Part shown: piece after piece, positions 1 through 12,654 of the stretch
Layout of the letters: each line of letters opens with the position of its first letter
Numbering within the stretch: position 1 is the first letter of the stretch
From: the human T2T-CHM13v2.0 reference genome, Homo sapiens
Length of the DNA: 64,000 nucleotides
Assembly (NCBI RefSeq): GCF_009914755.1
Contig: NC_060935.1
Reading direction: 5' to 3' (one strand)
Program-made: the position numbers and the translations under genes
Notes under the pieces: model-generated
Told to the model about the DNA's origin: nothing
The model's input: only the letters and a program-made list of their open reading frames with translations
Database searches by the model: none

Positions 1-1240
1 GGTTCAAATCTTGGCCTCAGATCCCACTAGGATGATGTTAACAAATAAGCCACTTAGCCTCTGCTGCCTCATTTTCCTCATATATAAATTAGCAGTACCA
101 CTTCATACCTCATAAATTGTTTTGCTGAATAAATGGGCTGATACATATAAAGCATTTAATACTAGCATCCAGTATACACTAAACACTCAATAAGTGTTGG
201 TGATTATTGTTGTTGGGGTACTATAAATAATGCTATCAGCAGATTGTCTGGCATCTCAAAGAGTTCATCGTGTCCTCGGAAAATTCCTCCCAAGGCATCC
301 TTTTCAATCTGGCTTCAGCCCTCAGGGCCTGGCCCTCCCCTGCCTCTGCCTTTGTGGAGGGCCGTGGCTGGACAGGGCTGGTGAGTCACAAATTAGGGCT
401 AAGGCCAATAGAGCCTTGGTGTGTTGTTTCCTGGGACCTCCCTCCGTACCTTCCCTACCATGTCTGAAGCTGCCCCTAGACCCCCTGGATCAGAACGAGG
501 AGAAGGGTTGGGGTTGGAAGGTCCCCACAGCATGGGTAGAGTGGAGGAGTGGCAGGCAGGAGGTGACTACCTCTCACACTCCATGCTTGACACCCACTTG
601 CGCATGGGGGACAGGATCCTCCCATCCTCCGTGAACACCCCCAGGACTGTGCTCACCATTCCTGTTCACTGTCAAAGAAACAGAGGCCCAGAGAGGGGAA
701 GCTGTTAGCCCAAAGCCACACAGAAGCTGGTGGCCAGGCTGGGGCTCAAACCCAGGACTGAGAGGTGCACAGGGAGGGGTTTGAAGGCCCTGCTGAGGCC
801 TCTGCTGTTCTCTCCAGTGCCCCCAACTCCCCACTCCTGGCCCATTCCTGTCCAGCCAGCCCAGCTTATTCAGCATTGCCACACTCACCAGGCCCTCTGA
901 AGCCTCAGGCTTTAGCATATTTTTCCCCCATTGCCTGCTTAGGACTGCCACTCCCAGATGGGACAATGCTGGGAAGACAGCACCTCTTCCAGGAAGTCTT
1001 CCCTGCTCTTTACACATCTACCCCTAGCTGGGTTGGGGCCCTCTCAGCCTCCTCTGCCTCCCAGGATTATTACTTTCACTGCGGGTCATTATCTTTTACC
1101 TACAGGACTGAGAGCTCCTTGAGCATAGGATTGGGAGCTGAGTCATCTGTCTGCTCATGCCCAGCACAGGGTCAGGCACAGAAGAGCCTGCTGATAAGAT
1201 TGTAAAGTGATGGATAGATGGACAATGGACAAGTAAACAC

Positions 1241-1740
1241 TGTGGTCCATTAAATGCAAAATGGCCCATATCCTCCACCCGCTCTATGTTCACCCCATTG
1301 CAATGGGACTCTGAAGCTTCTTCCATCAAGAGGTGGACTTTGTTTCCTCAGCTCTTGAATCTGAGCTAGTCTTTCATTTTGACCAATAGAATACATCAGA
1401 AATTGTAAAATGCCTGATCCCAGATTAGATCTCAAGAGCCTTGTGTACTTCTGTCCTCTCTCTCAGAACCCTGCCACATCATGTAAACAATCCCGGACTA
1501 GCCTGCTGGAGGAAGATAGACTGTGGAACAGAATTGAGTTCCACAAGGCTCCAGAGACATGAGAGAACCCAACTGAGATCAGCAGAGCAGCTACCTCACC
1601 CATGGCTGACCACAGATGTATGAGTGTGTCCAGAAGAACTTTCTGGTGGCCCCATAGGTTTGTGAACAATAATAAATGCTTATCATTTTACCCTATTGAG
1701 TTTGGGGGTATTTATTATACAGCAATAGCTAGCTGATATA
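1241..1740 (+). mobile_element. MaLR LTR (MLT1-type)
   Basis: Contains ccatcaagaggtgga...ttttgaccaatagaat and the typical 3' end aataaatg...ttatacagcaatagctagctgata. Confidence 0.7.
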
Positions 1741-1829
1741 AATACATAAATAAATGAATGGAAGTAATTGTACCATCAAGGCACAGTAGTAAAGGGAGGA
1801 ATGGAATGCCAGCCTCCTGGTATTCTCAC

Positions 1830-2022
1830 CTTATACAGGTCATGGCTGCCCAGAACAGCATCAAACAGCATGTAGAGATCGTTGAGCAAGCCCACCGCCT
1901 CAATGGGTTCACTCAGGGCTGAGATGATGGTGAAACCCACAATGTCACTGAAGTATATGGTAACCTGGTCAAAATACCCTGGTTCCACAGTTGCCCCCAT
2001 TTTCCGAGCTTCAGCCACAGAC
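1830..2022 (-). pseudogene. GUCY2EP: Exon 14-equivalent, N-terminal cyclase catalytic domain (open frame)
   Basis: 193 nt, bounded by cttcag| and |gtgag. Translates [64 protein letters not shown], including the FSDIVGFT motif. Confidence 0.95.
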
Positions 2023-2337
2023 CTGAAGGGATGGGAGGGGCCAGACACATAAGGTATGAGGGTCTATTTTTGACAGTTTGGAGGCTAGGAAGGGATATTT
2101 GAGAGGAAACTGTGTTGAGCATCAGCAGGTCTGGTTCAAGTCTGCTGCAGTGCTGACTGCCCTGGAGTGAATACTTGCCCTCTCTGGACATGACTTCCTC
2201 TGAAGTGATATTGGGGTGGGGGAAGCATTGTGCCCAGCTCCTTGCTCCCAAGGATGTGAGAGAGCAGAAATTCTACTCACATGCCCAACAGAGTACCTGG
2301 CACATGGTGAGGGCTCTATAAAAATATGTTGTATAAG

Positions 2338-2500
2338 CCATGTGCAGTGGCTCACGCCTATAATCCCAGCACTTTGGGAGGCTGAGGAAGGAGAATCACT
2401 TAAGGCCAGGAGTTTGAGGCCAGCCTGGGCAACATAGTGAGACCCTGTATCTAAAATAATAGTAATAAACAAAACTAACTAAACTAACTAACTAAACAAA
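2338..2500 (+). mobile_element. Alu left monomer (FLAM-like) with A-rich tail
   Basis: gtggctcacgcctataatcccagcactttgggaggc...gagaccctg followed by an A-rich tail; no right arm. Confidence 0.85.
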
Positions 2501-2655
2501 ATAATGTGCTGCATAAGAAAAATGTTAGATACATAAACATGGATGAGTGAATTGAATAAATTCATGGAATCCAGATCTGCTGAGCACCCACTATATTCCA
2601 GGCCCTGTGCTTAGAGCTAAGGCTAGAGGCACACCCAAGTCCAGGGGCCACTCAC

Positions 2656-2819
2656 GGGGGAATCATCTGACAGAGCAGCCTTTCTGTCTTCTCTCTCTTC
2701 AGCTCCAGTTCCTCAGTCTGCTCCTGAATCAGGTCCTCCAGGTTCTGGGAATATTTCTCCAGCAACCACAGCATGGAGTCAGCAACACTGGTCCTCTTGC
2801 CTTGGTTGATGCTTTTGAA
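2656..2819 (-). pseudogene. GUCY2EP: Exon 13-equivalent, dimerisation/signalling helix (open frame)
   Basis: 164 nt, bounded by tttcag| and |gtgag. Translates [54 protein letters not shown]. Joins in frame to 1830-2022. Confidence 0.95.
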
Positions 2820-3160
2820 CTGAAAATGGAACAAAAATGCCAAGTCATCCATGAAGGTCAGCACACCTGGTCCTCAGCTGGGAGTCTGGGGCCACAGAAA
2901 TGCACCAAACAGAATCCCCGCTTGAAGGAGCTGCATTGTTGTGGGGAATAGATATGTAAATTACAGGGGGATGGTGGCTCTGACAAGGGAAAAGTGCAGT
3001 CAGCTTTGTGCCAGATTAACGGGTTAATTCTGTGTGGGGTGGGCAGGCAGCAAGAGGACTTTGCAAAGGAGCCTGTACCCAGCACAGCATTATGGTTAAC
3101 AAACACAATCCTATTGCACTGGGTCTCACAACAACGCTGTGAGATTCTTTGTTCTTCTCA

Positions 3161-3181
3161 AAGATAGACAGACAGACAGAC

Positions 3182-3235
<54 letters not shown>

Positions 3236-3360
3236 CAAACAGATGGATGGTTGGACAGATGGACAGACAGATGGATGGATGAACAGATGGTTGGATGGAT
3301 GGATGGATGGATGGACAGATGGAAGGGTAGGTGGATGATGGATGGATGGATAGATAGAAA
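3161..3360. repeat. Compound (GACA)n(GATA)n(GGAT)n microsatellite
   Basis: Tetranucleotide arrays are directly visible. Confidence 0.95.
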
Positions 3361-3940
3361 GAATATATGTAGATTATTTATACGTATAATCTGTCTCTAT
3401 TTCTACTTTGTTCCTCCGAAATTTTAATGATGAAGAAGAATAAAAGCAGTACCACACAATAAAATAATAAACGTGTGAGGATATTAGGACCAAAGGAGAG
3501 TAAAGCCTTTTTTTAAAAAAAGGTAAATCTAGGAGTGAAATCTGTATGCAAAATCCATGCTAGAATTTGGTCACCATTTTGGATATGAGCTTCCTAGCAA
3601 CAAAGCAAAGAGGGAAATATAGATTACACAATCCATGGGGTCCATAAGACAATGAAACATTAAACTAATTGCTCAAAAGAAATACAACTACTCCTAGTGC
3701 CAAGCAAAGAGAAAAGCCTCTTAGTTCTTTGTATGAGAACCCTTATGTGTGATCATAAACTACATCTTCAACAACAACCTTACAGGACATCTGGCAGCAG
3801 TTTTCCTAGGAAGACTTACTAGAACCTTACCCAGTGTGGTTTGCACCTTCCCAGAGTGCAGTCAGTAAGAGAAGCAAATCAATGATGGTCAAAGTGAAGG
3901 GGTCCATGCTTGCCAAAATCCAGCATCTTGAACGTGTAAG

Positions 3941-3992
3941 AGTGTGTGCGTGTGTGCGTGTGCACGTGTGTGTGTGTGTTGTGTGTGTGTGT
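3941..3992. repeat. (TG)n microsatellite
   Basis: Imperfect TG run. Confidence 0.9.
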
Positions 3993-4451
3993 AGGTATGC
4001 ACATCCAACCTCCATTAATGCCACATCTCTCAGCCAAATGTCTGCAAGGTAGGGAGTGGCAGCAGCCCCTGAAATGCACCTATTTTGTATTGTCCAACAA
4101 AAGCAGAGACACAAGCTTTACAGGGTGAGCATGACAGCTGCTGACCTTGAGACACCAACAAGGACATGAAGCCAACTCCAAGGTCACCTCTGCATGGAAG
4201 GTCACCATTTCATAAATGAAGAGACAAAGGATCTGAGAGGTGGAATAACTTGCCAAGGAGCACACAGTGGTGGATCTGAGTTTCAAACTAAAGTCTTTTA
4301 TATTAATTTTATCACCAGGCACCCCACTGAATTATTTTATCATTTGGAATTATGTATATTTCTTCTTCCTTTCCAAAATTAATTTTCTCATCTAATTGCA
4401 TTGGCTACTACTCCTAGAACAATGTGAAATGAATATAAACCCAGGCCTTTT

Positions 4452-4540
4452 TTTTTTTTTCTCGAGGCAGAGTTTCGCTCTTGTTATCCAGGCTGGAGTG
4501 CAATGGCGCAATCTCGGCTCACCACAACTTCTGCCTCCCG
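4452..4540 (-). mobile_element. Heavily 5'-truncated Alu (AluSp/Sq-like 3' end) with 15-bp TSD
   Basis: polyT + gagtttcgctcttgtt...gcctcccg. TSD aaacccaggcctttt at 4437-4451 and 4541-4555. Confidence 0.88.
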
Positions 4541-5999
4541 AAACCCAGGCCTTTTGACTTTAATGTCAGTGTTCTTTCTCTTGTACCTTACTCACTCTCT
4601 CCTTCTCAAAGAGCTACATTTAAAAAAAATTAGTTATCTCACTGGATGGTCACACCTATCTGGAGAGTTAGGCCAGGGTTAGTTATCTTTCCAGGAAACA
4701 TACAGGGAGGCTGAGGCCCAAGAGGACCATTAACTTGTCCAAGGTCAAACAGTGGGTAAGTGGGATGATTATCCACTGGATTCTCACATAGATGTGAATC
4801 CAGGCATCTGACCCCTCACCTCCCCACAGTCTGATGCCATTCCCCCCTTCTTCAGGTGGAATTCATGTGTGCCCATCTCAGCCTTCTTTGCCATGGGGCC
4901 TTGGCCAGGAATCTTGGGCAAGAATCCCACAGTCACCCCTCACTCAAGGCAAGAGCCCTTCCCCACCTCACTGGCCATGGCAACCTCCGATCCCCTGGAA
5001 AGATTCCAAGCTTGTGCTTTAGAAACTGGTTGCTCACCCTAGCTCTGCTACCCACCATTATGGTGACTGTTTAGAGGTCATTTACTCTGAGCTCTAGATT
5101 TCTCATCTGTGGAGGGGGGCACCACCCCTGATGCCAGAGCTAAGTGGGGAGGGGTTGTGGGAAGAGAGGGGATGGGCAGGGCTTCTCAAAGGACACCTGT
5201 GTGCGTCTCCTTGGACTGCCTTGCTGCCTCTCTCCCTCTCATCACCTGTCCTAACCCCTTTATTGTTCCCTGAACCACTCCTTGGCAACTCTCCACCATG
5301 GCTGGGGTGTGGAGGACGGGGAGGGGAGGCACTGTTCCCTTGGGTCTGATGGGTTGGCCCCGTGGAAGCCATCGGCCAGCTTCGTCATGTTCACATACTC
5401 CACTGCTGCCCTGCCAGCTTGCACAGACTTGCCTTGCCCCTCCCACTGAAATCCCCAAGGCAGTCCTGGGGGGCCCCAGGGCCCCTCACATTTTCCCCTC
5501 ACTGACTCAGGAAGTAGTACTGTCTCCACAGCCACAGTGGCCTCTCTCCTCTAGTGCCAGAAGGCCTGGTACAAGGCAGGGTTCCTGGCACAGCTCTGCA
5601 GAAAGACAGACAGACCTGGGTTGGACTCCAGCCCCATCTTTCACTTGCTCAGTTACCTTGGGCAAGTCCCCCCACCTCTCCAGGCCTCATTTCTCTCCCA
5701 CGAAGCCAAGAAACTAACACTGTTTCTTCAGAGGGCTGTGGCGAGGATGAAAGGAGGGGAGCATGGCCCTCAGCATGGGGCTTGACACTCAGGAAGGCAT
5801 GGGACAAACGTCCCTGGAACCTGTGGTCCTAAGAAAGTTCTCCTTAAAAGGTGGACCTCAGGGGTGACAGTGCTGGGTGGTTGCCCCTTACTGCATGGCT
5901 TTCCAGGTCCCAGGGAACTCACAGGGCTTGCATTGAGCTAAGTGAGCTGAACGAATGGGCCATTTTTTGTGAGCACCTGCTCCTCTGGGGAGCACTCAC

Positions 6000-6147
6000 C
6001 TGGCTGTAGATCTGGTCCATGCTAGGTCTGTCCTCTGGAGCCTCGTTCCAGCACTTCTTCATCAGCCAACGCACTCAGGCGGCCCGTGATCAGGGGTCAC
6101 CAGCGGCCGGCACAGAGGAGGGGGAGATGCCACCCTCCTGATGATTT
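6000..6147 (-). pseudogene. GUCY2EP: Exon 12-equivalent, C-terminal kinase-homology domain; acceptor AG>CG and 1-nt deletion
   Basis: Reads IIRRVASPPPLCRPLVTPDHGPPECV, then shifts frame to LMKKCWNEAPEDRPSMDQIYSQ|gtgag. Length 148 nt. Acceptor reads ttgccg|AAATC. Confidence 0.9.
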
Positions 6148-6507
6148 CGGCAACCAACACCATGGGGCGGGCCTGGGGTCCTGGGAAGGGTCATGAAAGG
6201 AGCCTGGCCTCGGATCCTGAGAGCGTGGGCAGAGTAGGCTTATGGCGGTGCCAGGTTCTGGGCCTGAGGATATTCCTCAGCTCCTGTTTCCAGGGTATGG
6301 CTGGCCAGTGGATGTGGCATTATTGTTCTCCTGGGTCTACCCTGGGTGTGGCCAAGGAAAGGGTCTCAAACTGGGGGCCAGGAGAGCCGCGAGCTGGTTT
6401 TGAATTCTGGATCTGCCACCACAATACTATGGGATGGTGGAGAAGACAATGACCTCTCTGAGCCTTAGTCTCCCGATCTGTGAAATGAGCATATAAACTG
6501 CCTTCTT

Positions 6508-6691
6508 TTTTCTTTTTTTTTTCTGTTCTTTTTTTTTTTTTTAATGTCGCGATCCCAGCTCACCACAACCTCTGCCTCCCAGGTTCAAGCGATTCTCCTG
6601 CCTCAGCCTCCAGGCATGCACCACCACGCCCAAATAATTTTGTATTTTTCGTAGAGATGGGGTTTCTCCATGTTAATCAGGCTGGTCTCAA
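6508..6691 (-). mobile_element. Truncated, internally deleted Alu inside a MIR, with 15-bp TSD
   Basis: TSD ataaactgccttctt at 6493-6507 and 6692-6706. Confidence 0.85.
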
Positions 6692-7572
6692 ATAAACTGC
6701 CTTCTTGAGAGGAGTGCTGAGGTGGAAGACGACGGATGTTAGCACCTGGCAGACTCTCCCCCACCCTCAGGCCCCGCAACAACTGCCGCTGCTCTGTTGC
6801 CAACAATGCCCACCAATGATCTTGAAACCTTGACAGCGCAGCTCTTTCCTCCAGCCTTGCCACGCAGACACTGGCGTGCCGGTTCCCCACAGGTGTGAAC
6901 GACACTGCCTGCTTATCATTATCATCATCATTATGATTCTGTCCTCAAGAAAACCTGGCCACATGTCATCCTGTCTCCACACCAGGCTAAGTCAGTGCTC
7001 TAGTTCTGCTATGACTCTGAGCCTCAGTTTCCCCACCTAACAACTGATGGAAATAACCCCTGCCTCGGGGGGGCTGCTGGAGAGTCAGGGGGAGCCGAGC
7101 GATTCTAAAGTAGGCTGGGAGGAAGAGGGGCTGACACCGAGCTCAGGCTCTGGAGTCCACAGATCAGAGCGGGACTTTAGACGACCCATTTACAGTCCGC
7201 ACAAGGCGCATCGCCTCTCTGAGCCTCAGCTTCCTCACCTGGAAGACGGGTATAACCATACTACATATTTGGAAGGGTTGTCATGAGGCAGAGTAGGTTA
7301 ATCTCCTCTGAGGAGGGCCGGGATCCTCCTCTCATGAGTGAGGGAGGTGGGAGCCCTTGGAGCCAGGGAGGAGAAATTTCTTTCTGGGTTTCAGTCCCCT
7401 TCCCATCCCTTTTTGGCTTCTTGTTGGGGATAGTGCAGGAGTCTCCATTCCATTTTACAGACAGGGAAACTGAGGCTCCTGGGAGTGAAATCAGGTACCC
7501 ACATAGGGCCAGTCAAAAGCAGACACTAGAACGGGGCCTGGTTTGCACCCAGCCTGCACGATCTCCTCTGCC

Positions 7573-7901
7573 CAGAGGTTCCCAGCCTACAGGCGTTAGA
7601 CCCTGAGGGCCCCCGAGTGTGGGATCTGGGAAGTCGTATGTGCTTACAAAAGACTGTGTGCTGATGGAACCAGTCATACACCACATGCACACATGTACTA
7701 CTGATTTTCAAAGGTATGCAGATGGCACTGTAACGAATACAAACAAATCCATTTCAAAGTGTTGCTGATTTCACAGTCGATTTTATCATTGGGTATGTTC
7801 TCAGTTAGTGGATATTAGAAGTCAAATAGTAGCATAAGAGGCTCTAACCATTTTTGACATTAAAATGGAGTCTTCATATGTGAACATGCTGGGAACCCCT
7901 G
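7573..7901. mobile_element. Probable hAT-Charlie (MER5-like termini) DNA transposon relic
   Basis: Imperfect terminal inverted repeats cagaggttccca and tgggaacccctg around an AT-rich core. Confidence 0.5.
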
Positions 7902-9581
7902 CCCCAGGCCAGGCTAGGTCTCATGCTCCCCTCACTGCGCCAGGCATGCTGTCCACACCCCAGGCATAGCCATGATTTATGGACAGTGCTGAGGGCTGGG
8001 GGAGGAGGCTGAGCATCCAGCTCTGGTGGGATCTGGCTGGGCTCTAAGAGGATGCCCCACGGATGACACCAAGAGATTTTAGAACACTGAGCTTGGACCA
8101 GGGATGTCCACCCAATCCCAGGTCCACAGCTTCCCCTCTGAGAAGTCCCTTCCACTCTCTGAGCCTCACTGAACTCTAAAAGGGGGGCGATTAGCCACCT
8201 CCCAGGGTTGTCAAATGGAATCATGCACATGAAAGTGCCTTGGGAACTGCAAAGTGCCCCCCCACCCACAGGATCCTAAAGAGATGTTAGAGTCAGGAGA
8301 GAGCCTGGGACCCCCCTTAGCACGCTCCTCACATCACCCTGCAGATATTTATTGAGGACCCACTGCATGCCAGGCACTCTGTCTACAGCATTTCACTGAA
8401 TCCTCACAGCTGCGCTGGAAGGCAGACATCATGGTTCCCATTTTACAGATGAGAACACTGAGGCTTGGAGCCTAAAAGGGATTTACTCAAAGTCACGAGG
8501 CATGTTGGTGTGGAGCTGGGCTTAGGATGGTGTTCCCTGGAGCCTGTGGCGTGAGCCCTGTACTCCCTGAGGCCTAGGAAAGCACACAGCAGGAAGCAGT
8601 GGGCCCTAGGCTGACAGCCTCCTCAAGGGTGGCCAGAGCATTCCAGACCTGGGTCCCTGCACCCAAAGCTGGATGGAGCCAGGCCTGGAGCGCCTTGCAC
8701 TGGTGGCATGGCTTGCAGATCCCATCTGGCCAGTCCTTCCCTCCTCAGAGGCAGATGATGGGGAGGCAGCCGAGGAGTGTTGAACAAATGGTGTTATAAG
8801 GCCCCCCTTCTTCCCACTCCTCCACCTCATAAATTTGGGCCTGGAATGCTCATTACTCACAGGGCTGTGGTGGAGAAAGGCAGTGGGGCTGGGTCTCCTG
8901 TGAATTAAAGATTATCCACTGGGGTGGGAGCTGATGGTGAGCTCGGCACCGTCACTGCTCTGCACTGTGGGCCGAGGTGCCAGGTGTCTGTGGAGGGCCA
9001 GGTCCCTGGGACTGGGAAGAGGCAGCAGGAGGATGACAGAAAGAGAAGTCTGGGGTCCAGGGAGCCGGACAGAGAGCACAGAGGGGAGGAAACATTTTTG
9101 GAGTTGGGCCTTGGCACTGGGGCTGGAAGAGAGAAAGTGTGTACAGGCCAGGTGACGATGGGGAAGCTGCAAGTGATTATCCTGGGGAGCCAGAAGTGTG
9201 AGGACAGAGATGCTCTGAAGGAGCCTGCCTGGGCAGGTAACGAAGCCCCGTGGTATTGAGCAGCCTGGCCACGTTGGCCAAGGGGCTGGGGATCTGGCAC
9301 ATTGGTTACTGGATTCCCATTTATAGATGACAACACTGAGGCTCAGAGAGCGTAAGCGGTTTGTGTAAGGTCACAGAGTAAGACAGTGACACAGCTGGAG
9401 TAGGGCTGAGCTCTGTGTAGCCTGTGCTGGGCATGGAGGGCAGGTGCAGGCGGGGCATGAGCACCTACAGGCATGGCAGTGATACTGGGGAGGAAGGCAG
9501 GGGCGGGGATTTTCACCCAGAGCACAACGTCCTTAGCCCCTGGAGTGGGTCAGCTGCTATTCTGGCAGAGTTGCTGAAGGC

Positions 9582-10593
9582 TGTAGGGAAAAGAAAGAGA
9601 AATCAGACTGTTACTGTGTCTATGTAGAAAGGGAAGACATAAGAGACTCCATTTGGAAAAAGACCTGTACTTTAAATAATTTCTTTGCTGAGATGTTGTT
9701 AATTTGTAGCTTTGCCCCAGCCACTTTGACCCAACCACTTTGACCCAACCTGGAGCTCACAAAAACATGTGTTGTATGAAATCAAGGTTTAAGTGATCTA
9801 GGCCTGTGCAGGACGTGCCTTGTTAACAAAATGTTTACAAGCAGTATACTTGGTAAAAGTCATCGCCATTCTCTAGTCTCAATAAACCAGGGGCACAATG
9901 CACTGCGGAAAGCTGCAGGGACCTCTGCCCTGGAAAGCTGGGTACTGTCCAAGGTTTCTCCCCATGTGATAGTCTGAAATATGGCCTCATGGGATGAGAA
10001 AGACCTGACCGTCCCCCAGCCCGACATCCGTAAAGGGTCTGTGCTGAGGTGGATTAGTAAGAGGAAAGCCTCTTGCAGTTGAGATAGAGGAAGGCCACTG
10101 TCTCCTGCCTGCCTCTGGGAACTGAATGTCTTGGTATAAAACCCGATTGTACATTTGTTCAATTCTGAGATGAGAGAAAAACCGCCCTATGGTGGGAGGT
10201 GAGACATGTTTGCAGCAATGCTGCCTTGTTATTCTTTACTCCACTGAGATGTTTGGGTGGAGAGAAACATAAATCTGGCTTACGTGCATGTCCAGTCATA
10301 GTACCTTCCCTTGAACTTCATTATGACATAGATTCCATTGCTCACATGTTTGTTGCTGACCTCCTTATTATCACCCTGCCCTCCTACTACATTCCTTTTT
10401 GCTGAAATAATCAATAAAAACTGAGGGAACTCAGAGACCGGTGCCGGTGCAGGTCCTTGGTATGCTGATCGCCGGTCCCCTGGGCCCACTATTGTTTCTC
10501 TATACTTTGTCTCTGTGTTTTATCTCTTTCTCAGTCTCTCGTCCCACCCAACTAGAAATACCCACAGGTGTGGAGGGGCAGGCCACCCCTTAA
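9582..10593 (+). mobile_element. HERV-K(HML-2) solo LTR, LTR5A/LTR5B type
   Basis: Begins tgtagggaaaagaaagagaaatcagactgttactgtgtctatgtagaaag and ends gtggaggggcaggccaccccttaa. Length ~1.01 kb. TSD aaggc at 9577-9581 and 10594-10598. TATA-like tataaaa near 10135; aataaa near 10413. Confidence 0.93.
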
Positions 10594-10747
10594 AAGGCTG
10601 CCCGGTTTAAGTCAAGTTCTCATGGTCAGACTTTAGGTGTGTGTGTCTATGTGGTCTTCAGGCCCAGATTTCCTGATTGCCATAGAATTTCCCACTAGGC
10701 AGAGACTCTAGCCAGGGACAGCCAAGAAAGGGGAGGAGGATACCTAC

Positions 10748-10896
10748 CTTCCACTGGAAGTCCCGAGGAGCAGTAGAGTGGGCCCGAGTCAGCACCTCCT
10801 GCAGGATGATGCCAGTGCTGAAGATGTCCCCTGTGAGGGTGCGCCGCCCAGGGCGCCCAGGCCCCGGCAGCAGCTCAGGAGCTGTCCATAGCAGCT
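10748..10896 (-). pseudogene. GUCY2EP: Exon 11-equivalent, kinase-homology domain; 1-nt deletion
   Basis: ttgcag|(E)LLWTAPELLPGPGRPGRRTLTGDIFSTGIILQEVLTR, then a shift to PLYCSSGLPVE|gtagg. Length 149 nt. Confidence 0.92.
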
Positions 10897-11139
10897 CTGC
10901 AATCATAGGGCAGGGCCATGCCACCATTACCTGCTGACCACCCAAGCCAGGCTGGGTGCATGTATTCTCCCCAATTCACAGGTAAAGAGCCTACAGCTTG
11001 TTCAGAGAGGAGAAGCGATCAACTCAAGGTCACCAATACCAGAGGACTGGAGATCTCCCTCTCCCTGCACCTTACAAGCACCTGGTTAAACAGAGGCCCC
11101 CAAACCTACTGGCAGCCCCCTGCCTATCCCTGAGCTGAC

Positions 11140-11296
11140 CTTCTGGGGCTGGCCAGGGTTGGGGATCCTGCTAAGTGTCCAGGGGCTCTGCATAACCATG
11201 GTCAGTGACCTTGAGCACAAAGCATCTGTCCACCACACAGTTTTGGAACTTGAGGCAGCCAGGAGGGAAATGGTGGTGGTGCAGATACCTCATGCC
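11140..11296 (-). pseudogene. GUCY2EP: Exon 10-equivalent, kinase-homology domain; in-frame TAG
   Basis: 157 nt, tctcag|[51 protein letters not shown]|gtcag. Stop at 11171-11173. The HGRLKSRNC motif is degraded. Confidence 0.93.
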
Positions 11297-11534
11297 CTGA
11301 GATGGACATAATGGGGGTCCATTGGATCTGTAACGAATGAGAGGAAACCTGGTTCTCTCGGAATTCCCACAAGCCCCAGAAAGCCTTCCTGCCTCCCTGT
11401 ACCCGTGGCCATGCAGTTTGGATATCCCTGGATTAGACAAAGCTGAAAGAGCCCAGCTGTGGGAAATCTGAGCATCTCCTGTCTCCCTGCCATCCCCACT
11501 TCCCTGCAGTGCCAGGCCCAGGGAGGGATCTCAT

Positions 11535-11667
11535 GCAGATCAAATCCAGCAGCAGGGAGGCCTTGAAGGTCCAGTCTAGGTGCAGGACCTCTTTCCGAAG
11601 CAGGTTCCCCAGAGATCACGAAAATGCCCAGGCAGGTGGCGACGTTCTCACACTGCAGCTCCCGCAT
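11535..11667 (-). pseudogene. GUCY2EP: Exon 9-equivalent; internal deletion with frameshift, donor GT>AT
   Basis: gacag|MRELQCENVATCLGIFV + 1 nt + SLGNLLRKEVLHLDWTFKASLLLDLIC|atgag. The EHCxRG segment is missing. Length 133 nt. Confidence 0.9.
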
Positions 11668-11799
11668 CTGTCAGGGAAATTGGCACCTTAGCAGCCCTCA
11701 GGGGCCGTTCGAGGGCTGGACCAGGTGCAATCCACATCTAGGCCACCTGCTCTTAGCACCAAGCACAAGGCTAAGCATGGAGAGGCATCAGAAATGTTG

Positions 11800-12354
11800 A
11801 ATGAATGGATGGAAAAACAGACAGATGGATGAATGGGTGGGTGGTGAGGGATGGATGGAGGATGGATGGATGAATGTATGCATGGATAGATGGTGGTGGG
11901 TGGTAGATGGATAAATAGATGGATGGGTGGGTGGGGAGCTGGTGGGTAGGCAGGTAGATGGGTGGGTGAGTGGTTGATGGGTGGGAGGGTGGATGGATGA
12001 TGGGTGAATGGGTGGGTGAGTGGGTACTTGGTGGGCTGGTGGGTAGACGGGTGGGTGGATGGATGGATGAGTGAATGGGTGGGTGGCTGGGTGGATGGAT
12101 GGGTTGGTGGGCGATTGGTCAGTGGGTGGATGGGTGGTTGGTGGGTGGGTGAGTTGTTGGGTAGGTGGATGGGTGGTTGGTGGATGGGTGTTTGCATGGT
12201 TGGTGAGTGGGTGGGCAGATGGATGGGTGGATGGGTGGGTGGATGAACGGGTGGATGGGTGGGTGGATGAATGGGTGGATGGATGGATGGGTGAGTAGAT
12301 GGGTGGTTGGTGGGTGGGTGGTGAATGGGTGAATGAGTCAATAGGTGGATAAAT
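11800..12354. repeat. Degenerate (TGGA)n/(TGGG)n low-complexity tract
   Basis: About 550 bp of ggat/gggt units. Confidence 0.92.

Positions 12355-12654
<300 letters not shown>

Noticed and set aside
1-1829. Expected next cyclase exon (VETIGDAYMV)
   Set aside because: Not found in this interval; presumably lies left of the window, so it was not annotated.
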